NCBI GenBank assembly: GCA_024679065.1
Contig: JAGIQG010000011.1
Coordinates: 7,874,001-7,938,000 of the forward strand
DNA length: 64,000 nucleotides
Source of the DNA: Sphyrna mokarran
Lineage: Eukaryota
Reading direction: 5' to 3'
In this document: positions 60,501 to 64,000 of the stretch, one piece after another
Position numbering within the stretch: position 1 is the first letter of the stretch
Layout: each line of letters begins with the position of its first letter
The notes under the pieces: generated by a model
Database searches by the model: none
Told to the model about the DNA's origin: nothing
Seen by the model: only the letters and a program-made list of their open reading frames with translations
Position numbers and translations under genes: made by a program

Positions 60501-62455
60501 TGTGCAGTTCTGGTCCCCACATTATAAGAAAGATGTGGAGGCATTGGAGAGGGTACAGAGGAGGTTTACCAGGATGTTGCCTGGTATGGAGGGCAGGTCT
60601 TATGAAGAGAGGCTGAGGGATTTGAGGTTGTTTTCGTTAGAAAGGAGGCGGCTAAGAGGGGACCTTATTGAAACATATAAGATGATTAGAGGTTTAGATA
60701 GGGTGGACAGTGATAGCCTTTTTCCTAGGATGGAGAAAGCTAGCACGAGGGGACATAGCTTTAAATTAAGGGGTGGTAGTTATAGGACGGATGTCAGAGG
60801 TAGGTTCTTTACCCAGAGGGTGGTAAGGGTATGGAATGCCCTGCCTGCTGCAGTTGTAGATGCGCCAAGTTTGGTGGCGTTTAAGAGGTTAGTAGATAAG
60901 TTTATGGATGAAAAGGGAATGGTTTAGGTTAGAGGGTCATTGCTTTTTCTTAATTGGTCGGCGCAACATCGAATGCCGAAGGGCCTGTTCTGCGCTGTAA
61001 TGTTCTATGTTCTATGTTCTATAGCAGCAGACAGTATGATTGCACATGTGCAGATTTCTGTGCTCACAGAGCATAGGAATCTGTCAGTCTCCCTCATCTA
61101 TAATTGATCTTCTGGCTGATCATCACCTCTTCCCCCTACCGCGGGGCTCTGCAGATGATCGCCATTTCCCCTGTCCTGACTGATCACCAGACATCTGCCT
61201 GGAACAATTGCCATCCCCTGCACCTGGATTGATTGCTAACCTCCCCACCCAGACAGATCATCAGAAACGTCCCCCCAGATTAATTACTAACACCCCCTCA
61301 CCAATCACTGTTGCAGAGGGCAGCGGTCCCCCCAACTGATTGCTGCTGCAGAGTTGCAGTGGTGTCTCCCTTCCCCACCCACTAATCACTGTTGTAGAGT
61401 GCACAGCACACCCCCTCAGCTGAATGGCCAACTCTTCGTATGGCTCTGCTCCCTCAGGCCCCAGTCTCTTGGCACTGCCAGTGTCCCAGGCTAGTAAGGC
61501 CAGGGTGCCAGGCTGGCAGTGCCAGCACATTCCCTCTTCCCCCAGCCTCAAATGGGGAACCCTCAATAGTTTCCAATTTGACCACTGAGACCAATATGTC
61601 TGACTCTGTTGATGGGAACCATACGTGATCTTTGCCGAGACAACCTTCTCTGGCTAGGCTGCAGAAGCAACTCTCTGAAAGAGCGTTACACCCTGACCTC
61701 ACATCCGCCTTGTCCCCATAGCCTTGCGTTTTTACCATGGCTAATCCACCAAACATACACACTTTTGGACAATAAGGGGCAATTTTGCATGGCCATCTAC
61801 CTAACCTGCACATCTTTGTACAGTGGGAGGAAATTGGAGCACCCGGAGGAAACCCATGCAGACATGGGGAGAACATACAGACTCCACACTGACATCCAAG
61901 GTCAGAACTGAATTCAGGTCTCTAGCACTGTGAAGCAGCAGTGCTAACCACTATGCAATTGTATTCCCTACAGTTAAGTCAAAATCTATAACAAAAACTA
62001 AAGGGTCTAGTACTGTACTCTACAGAGTCTATGAAGAGGTCATATTGTATTCACCACAGATGCTGCCAGATCTGCTAAGTTTTTACAGCATTGTCTGTTT
62101 TTTTCTTACTTTGACATAACATTCCCTTAACAAATACTTGCTGACTGTTGTTGATTAGTTTATGCCTTTTAAATGAATATTTATACTGATCTTTTGTTGA
62201 GACAACAACCTGCCTGGAGACACCTTCTGGGGTTGATGCTGAAGGTCAGGTAATTGCAAAATTTCTGCACACAGCTATACTTTGACTCTGGACTCAGTTT
62301 ATGCCCTTAACATGCTCTATTCCACTTTACAGGTAACCTGTGTGGGACACATCATTTGCGGAATTGTTGCCAACAACCAGGTGTGCGCCAAGATGGCAGC
62401 TGCAGCTGTGAAGATAACATACGAAGATCTGGAACCCGTTATCCTCACTTTGGAG
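3483..62455 (+). CDS. AOX1: Aldehyde oxidase (xanthine oxidoreductase family), partial multi-exon gene; 13 exons in window, gene continues beyond both edges
   Basis: 13 phase-compatible exons splice into 549 open codons. AOX-type motifs: [63 protein letters not shown]. Exon sizes 81/145/93/152/94/110/185/170/127/123 match my recollection of AOX1 rather than XDH. Exact paralog (aox1/aox5/aox6-like) cannot be assigned from this window. Confidence 0.9.
4697..4777 (+). CDS. AOX1: AOX exon ~8 [27 protein letters not shown]
   Basis: tttcag acceptor, ATG|gtaaac donor, 81 nt, [11 protein letters not shown] motif. Confidence 0.95.
4880..5810. repeat. Degenerate ~65-70 bp tandem repeat (..gagggagctttactctgtatctaacc..gtgctg..ctgggagtgtttgatgg..) split by a CR1 fragment
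   Basis: Three units at 4880-5082 and further units at 5646-5810. Confidence 0.6.
5083..5645 (+). mobile_element. CR1 LINE 3' fragment (old)
   Basis: Degenerate ..[21 protein letters not shown] coding segment plus 3' tail. Confidence 0.8.
5924..6068 (+). CDS. AOX1: AOX exon ~9 [49 protein letters not shown]
   Basis: gatgcag acceptor, G|gtgaga donor, 145 nt, FAD-binding VGNT motif. Confidence 0.95.
6478..9325. mobile_element. Highly decayed DNA-transposon (Harbinger-like) sequence
   Basis: Begins with a caggattttcc TIR-like motif; only faint transposase and Myb/SANT-like traces; boundaries uncertain. Confidence 0.3.
9686..9785 (+). mobile_element. Old PLE 3' terminus with degenerate minimal hammerhead
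   Basis: CTGATGA-aaggtcaccatcct-GAAA-tg-tt-aactc followed by cagatgctgcc...ctgagtatttccagc, the same tail as 37274-37370 and 62030-62105. Confidence 0.6.
10114..10206 (+). CDS. AOX1: AOX exon ~10 (G)[31 protein letters not shown]
   Basis: ttcattag acceptor, G|gtgagt donor, 93 nt, phase 1-1; absent from the ORF track. Confidence 0.93.
11438..11589 (+). CDS. AOX1: AOX exon ~11 (G)[16 protein letters not shown]...[13 protein letters not shown]
   Basis: ctggcag acceptor, GCG|gtgcgt donor, 152 nt, QIRNMA motif. Confidence 0.95.
12204..12297 (+). CDS. AOX1: AOX exon ~12 [31 protein letters not shown](E)
   Basis: tttcag acceptor, G|gtaggt donor, 94 nt, GGNI and SDLNP motifs. Confidence 0.95.
12865..14980 (+). 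mobile_element. Young 5'-truncated Penelope-like retroelement (Neptune type): RT + Cys linker + GIY-YIG endonuclease + pLTR
   Basis: One frame 12864-14633 with [49 protein letters not shown]; two internal stops (TAG 13005, TGA 14535); 8-bp TSD TTTCTGCA (12857-12864, 14981-14988). Confidence 0.95.
14844..14885 (+). ncRNA. Minimal type-I hammerhead ribozyme in PLE pLTR
   Basis: atttgc-CTGACGA-aggcacaagagcgtc-GAAA-gc-TC-gcaaat: perfect 6-bp stem I, intact core boxes, imperfect stem II, minimal palindromic stem III. Confidence 0.8.
15108..15951 (+). mobile_element. CR1 LINE 3' part (decayed)
   Basis: [29 protein letters not shown]; tail ttctatgttc. Confidence 0.85.
18152..18261 (+). CDS. AOX1: AOX exon ~13 (E)[36 protein letters not shown]
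   Basis: ttccaacag acceptor, AAA|gtaagt donor, 110 nt. Confidence 0.95.
18670..19135. mobile_element. hAT (Charlie-like) non-autonomous element
   Basis: Imperfect TIRs caatggtgggcaacct / aggttgtctatcactg; degenerate 8-bp flanks tcttgggt / ccctaggc. Confidence 0.55.
21241..21501 (+). mobile_element. tRNA-derived SINE (HE1/V-SINE-like head)
   Basis: A/B box-like gtgattatcactgctgtctcacag...ggacccaggttcgatt, core ggagtttgc.cattct, tail aataaataaacttt; relative at 39014-39290. Confidence 0.8.
21839..22670 (+). mobile_element. Young 5'-truncated CR1 LINE inserted in an older CR1 3' end
   Basis: Open ORF2 C-terminus ([29 protein letters not shown]), (GTTCTAT)n tail. Confidence 0.93.
22974..23158 (+). 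CDS. AOX1: AOX exon ~14 [26 protein letters not shown]...[20 protein letters not shown]
   Basis: cattgcag acceptor, CG|gtaagc donor, 185 nt. Confidence 0.95.
23441..23614 (-). mobile_element. Young CR1 3' terminal fragment
   Basis: Reverse complement is identical to 41874-42048 except a 1-nt indel; (ATAGAAC)n tail. Confidence 0.93.
24437..24529. mobile_element. ~93-bp MITE
   Basis: TIR-like ggccagtattttac / gtaaaattccagccc, same terminal family as 30423-31361. Confidence 0.5.
24653..24827 (+). CDS. AOX1: AOX exon ~15 [58 protein letters not shown]; 3' end uncertain (probable GC donor)
   Basis: gaactag acceptor, [19 protein letters not shown] motif. Best phase-0 donor is GAG|gcaaga after 24827; alternative is CAG|gttaac after 24851. 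Confidence 0.85.
25341..25673 (+). mobile_element. HE1-like tRNA SINE, near full length
   Basis: gggcggcaca..gtggttagc..ctgcc..aca..gacccgggtt.gatt; V-domain-like core; CR1-like tail gggattct. Confidence 0.88.
25823..27303 (-). mobile_element. Rex1/Babar-type LINE, 5'-truncated, decayed
   Basis: [40 protein letters not shown] motif; (TCAAA)n 3' tail. Confidence 0.85.
28820..29329 (+). mobile_element. CR1 3' fragment nested in the minus-strand CR1
   Basis: [25 protein letters not shown]; tail ttctttgttcttt. Confidence 0.85.
30423..31361. mobile_element. Non-autonomous TIR element (Harbinger-like MITE)
   Basis: TIRs gggatggaattttac / gtaaaattccgccc; interrupts the CR1 RT. Confidence 0.65.
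32321..32648 (+). mobile_element. HE1-like tRNA SINE
   Basis: gggcagcacgatggcacaatgattagcactgctgcctcacag..ggacatgggttcaattccc; similar to 25341-25673. Confidence 0.88.
35094..35183 (+). CDS. AOX1: AOX exon ~16 (hinge 2) [30 protein letters not shown]
   Basis: Strong polypyrimidine tract plus ccag acceptor, CAG|gtccgt donor, 90 nt, phase 0-0; Y.SA....Q.FQ pattern of the hinge exon. Confidence 0.85.
35220..36377. mobile_element. GC-rich non-autonomous TIR element starting 37 bp after exon 16
   Basis: Imperfect TIRs ggaggcaattct / agaatcgtcccc; a related copy at ~59350-61580 is interrupted by CR1. Confidence 0.55.
36790..37370. mobile_element. Inverted pair of old PLE termini with a CR1 tail inserted in the right arm
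   Basis: 36790-36930 is approximately the reverse complement of 36985-37370; hammerhead at 37274-37312; CR1 tail at 37141-37266. Confidence 0.7.
37274..37312 (+). ncRNA. Minimal hammerhead ribozyme (second PLE family)
   Basis: agct-CTGACGA-agggtcattctggctc-GAAA-ta-TT-agct. Confidence 0.6.
39014..39290 (+). mobile_element. tRNA-derived SINE (HE1-like)
   Basis: agtggttagcactgct..ggacctgggtttgattcc; same tail as 21241-21501. Confidence 0.85.
39815..39984 (+). CDS. AOX1: AOX exon ~17 [57 protein letters not shown]
   Basis: gcacag acceptor, GT|gtaagt donor, 170 nt; start of the Moco domain. Confidence 0.96.
40543..40926 (+). repeat. Local direct duplicate of 43491-43886 (SINE half + CR1 ORF1 piece + start of next repeat)
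   Basis: Roughly 85-90% identical by eye; shares the internal junctions of the 43491 copy. Confidence 0.9.
41124..42048 (+). mobile_element. Young 5'-truncated CR1 LINE
   Basis: Open ORF from FADD to the stop at 41947; highly similar to 60104-61022; (GTTCTAT)4 tail. Confidence 0.95.
42331..42484. mobile_element. 154-bp fold-back PLE terminal insertion
   Basis: ~51-bp inverted arms plus 36-nt tail; perfect 10-bp TSD TCAATTTTCT (42321-42330, 42485-42494). Confidence 0.9.
43295..43830 (+). mobile_element. CR1 ORF1 (SGNH esterase) fragment interrupted by an HE1-like SINE (43421-43610)
   Basis: Decayed ..SRIVCCL.GARFKD | ..[26 protein letters not shown]. Confidence 0.75.
44079..44373 (-). repeat. 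Local inverted duplicate of 43593-43888
   Basis: Encodes the same MSEQQKRTL...ITHRTLCK pseudo-ORF on the minus strand. Confidence 0.9.
44945..45595 (+). mobile_element. Old PLE 3' part (GIY-YIG end + UTR)
   Basis: cactttaattccccatcttgctcccattct...ttcaacaatttcagatc; tail ..cagacctgttgagcatttccaacattt. Confidence 0.65.
46540..48150. repeat. ~19-23 bp pyrimidine-rich minisatellite (CTGACCTCTCTCTGGCCTTCA)
   Basis: ~1.6 kb of tandem degenerate units with higher-order blocks at 46870-47280. Confidence 0.95.
48252..48900. repeat. Polypurine (G/A) low-complexity tract
   Basis: Almost exclusively G/A for ~550 bp, G-rich thereafter. Confidence 0.9.
50980..52585. mobile_element. Inverted (head-to-head) pair of truncated Neptune-type PLE copies forming a 1.6-kb fold-back insertion
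   Basis: Minus arm 50980-~51905 and plus arm ~51920-52585 both carry the GIY-YIG end and pLTR; TSD ATAAGTTT (50972-50979, 52586-52593); hammerhead core on minus strand ~51041-51075. Confidence 0.9.
53021..53147 (+). CDS. AOX1: AOX exon ~18 [42 protein letters not shown]
   Basis: gatccag acceptor, GAG|gtaaat donor, 127 nt. Confidence 0.94.
53389..58003 (-). mobile_element. Near full-length decayed CR1 LINE: tandem 5'UTR, ORF1 (Zn finger + esterase), ORF2 (APE + RT)
   Basis: [15 protein letters not shown] zinc finger ~57380-57450; [20 protein letters not shown] (55900-56142) and [14 protein letters not shown]; [16 protein letters not shown]; (CTTATGTT)-like tail; many frameshifts. Confidence 0.9.
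58094..58354. mobile_element. Fold-back PLE terminal insertion (more diverged)
   Basis: Inverted arms starting cagtaagaa, 36-nt tail, TSD ATCTTTCA (58086-58093, 58355-58362). Confidence 0.8.
58616..58770. mobile_element. Short MITE
   Basis: TIR-like gccggaattctctgg / ccagagaatcttgcc. Confidence 0.5.
59591..61022 (+). mobile_element. Young 5'-truncated CR1 LINE with uninterrupted RT domain
   Basis: 445 open codons: [34 protein letters not shown]; (GTTCTAT)3 tail. Confidence 0.97.
61650..61957 (-). mobile_element. HE1-like tRNA SINE
   Basis: Reverse complement begins gcatagtggttagcactgctgcttcacagtgctagagacctgaattcagttc. Confidence 0.85.
62333..62455 (+). CDS. AOX1: AOX exon ~19 [41 protein letters not shown]
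   Basis: ctttacag acceptor, GAG|gtttgt donor, 123 nt. Confidence 0.95.
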
Positions 62456-63200
62456 GTTTGTGCTCAAATGGACCAGAGGAAAAGATAGAAAAAATGGACT
62501 TCAATTAACAGAGACAATTTCAGAAAATCCCAATCTACCTCATATCCAACAAAATACTTCTGAAGAGTAAAATTCCAGATACATAAATCATCTGACTGTC
62601 ATGTTTACATTCCATCCAATAATTCACTTCTGGATATCTATTATTCTACAAACCACCCTTAACTATTGTCCAGTCTGTAATTCACTCCTGAGTATTTCTT
62701 ATTATAAATGATCTATCTGAACCTCTCGATTAGTTTCCAATAAGTAGCTTACTCCTGGGTAGGAGTTATTTATAGACCACCAAAGTCCCTTAGATTACAG
62801 CCTATAACTCACTTAAGGGCAGCCATTATTTCCTATAAAATCCACCCAAATCCCCTAATTCCAGCCTACCACTCACTCCCAGGTACTTGTTACTTCATAT
62901 GCAATTCATGAGAGTCAAACCGTTGATTCCAGTTCATATAGTTGATTGTGAGGGCAAGGAATGTGAAAGGCATTACTGAAGGGGAATTGTGAAAGGATGG
63001 GCTTTATACTACCCAGAAGGACAAGAGTCGCAGAATAAAGGAGCACCACTGCCTGCAAGTTTCCCTCCAAGCCACATTTCATTCTGACTTAGAACTATAT
63101 CGCTGTTCCTTTACTATCTCTTGGTCAATAGCTTGGAACTTCCTTCCAAACAGCATCATGGCTTTTCTTGAATTGCTGACAGCAGCGGTTCAAGAAGGCA

Positions 63201-64000
63201 AGGTTTTTTGGCATGGTGACCTAACTTGGAAAATTCATTCTTCACATGTCAGATCTGACAGTAACTCTCAGAGAACTTCTATAAAATGATGTGGAATGAC
63301 ACTCAAGATTTGACCAGTCTAAAGAGACCCAGACACCAGGGTTAAATATTACGGTGTCAGTCAGTCAATCAAGATGTCAATGGATGCTTCAAAAGTCGAT
63401 CTGGAAATTGTTCTCTTGCAAGATGAAGCACCAATACCGTACAAGTCAAAGGTAATGATTGAAATGCAATAGTGTTATGCCCAAGTAGAGAAACAAATAT
63501 TAGCAATCGCGTTTGGCTGAGAACGCTTCCATCAGTCTGTCTATGGTAAAGGCCTGGAAATAGAGCTTGATCATAAATCTTTGGAAGTTTTACTTAAAAA
63601 AACCCTAAATTGTGCACTACCAAGAATCCAAGTATTTCTGCTCTATCTGCAAAAGTACCAGGTCACAATTAAACACAAACCAGGCAAAGAAATTTATATC
63701 AGAGACACTCTGTCATGTGCATACCTACCAATCATGGAAAGAGGAGAAAGGAATAGAAGTATAGATTCACATGCTGACAAATAACTTACCTGGGGCAGTA
63801 ACCAAACTGGATGAGATTAGGAAGTGACCAAGAACAACAGCAACTTACCAACTAGCTGTCCTACACATTGGACTGGAAATCTTTCTGCTACACGTGAGTA
63901 TTAGAATTTTAGTGAGGAACTTCATGTAACCGGGGGAATATTTTTCAAGTAAGAAAAGATAATAATTCCTACAACACTGAGGGAAAAATTGCTGCAAAGC
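63201..64000 (+). mobile_element. Ty3/Gypsy LTR retrotransposon pol remnant (RT thumb + RNase H)
   Basis: RFFGMVT.LGKFI; DASK..L..VLLQ; YAQVEKQILAIAFG*ERFHQ.VYG; DHKSLE; HKPGKEIYI.DTLS; several stops. Confidence 0.88.

Noticed and set aside
21241-61957. tRNA genes at A/B-box motifs
   Set aside because: The motifs are heads of HE1-like SINEs followed by the SINE core and tail; no complete cloverleaf is evident.
3483-62455. Calling the gene xanthine dehydrogenase (XDH)
   Set aside because: [19 protein letters not shown] and KHATGEA motifs, loss of the XDH Trp/Tyr/DD residues and most exon sizes favour AOX; final assignment needs phylogeny.

Overview
This is eukaryotic, repeat-dense genomic DNA, most consistent with a cartilaginous fish (shark), judging from HE1-type tRNA-SINEs and CR1 LINEs with an esterase ORF1. 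The whole window lies inside one plus-strand gene: 13 consecutive coding exons (1647 nt, 549 codons, no stop or frameshift once spliced) of a molybdo-flavoenzyme of the aldehyde oxidase (AOX) type. They correspond to exons ~7-19 of the mammalian AOX1/XDH gene structure (hinge 1, FAD domain, hinge 2, start of the Moco domain). The introns hold nested mobile elements: Penelope-like elements (PLE, Neptune type, with minimal hammerhead ribozymes), young and old CR1 LINEs, a Rex1/Babar LINE, SINEs, Harbinger and hAT remnants or MITEs, a Gypsy pol remnant and three large minisatellites. I found no wholly new gene system. The most notable signals are: (i) four independent fold-back PLE insertions that all share an unpaired 36-nt tail and have target-site duplications (TSDs); (ii) an intact-looking sense-strand hammerhead in an AOX intron; (iii) several locally templated insertions, including a 63-bp capture at a LINE 5' junction; (iv) a probable GC-AG splice donor and XDH-like ancestral features in this AOX. 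Mammalian exon sizes and motifs quoted for comparison are recalled from memory, not computed.
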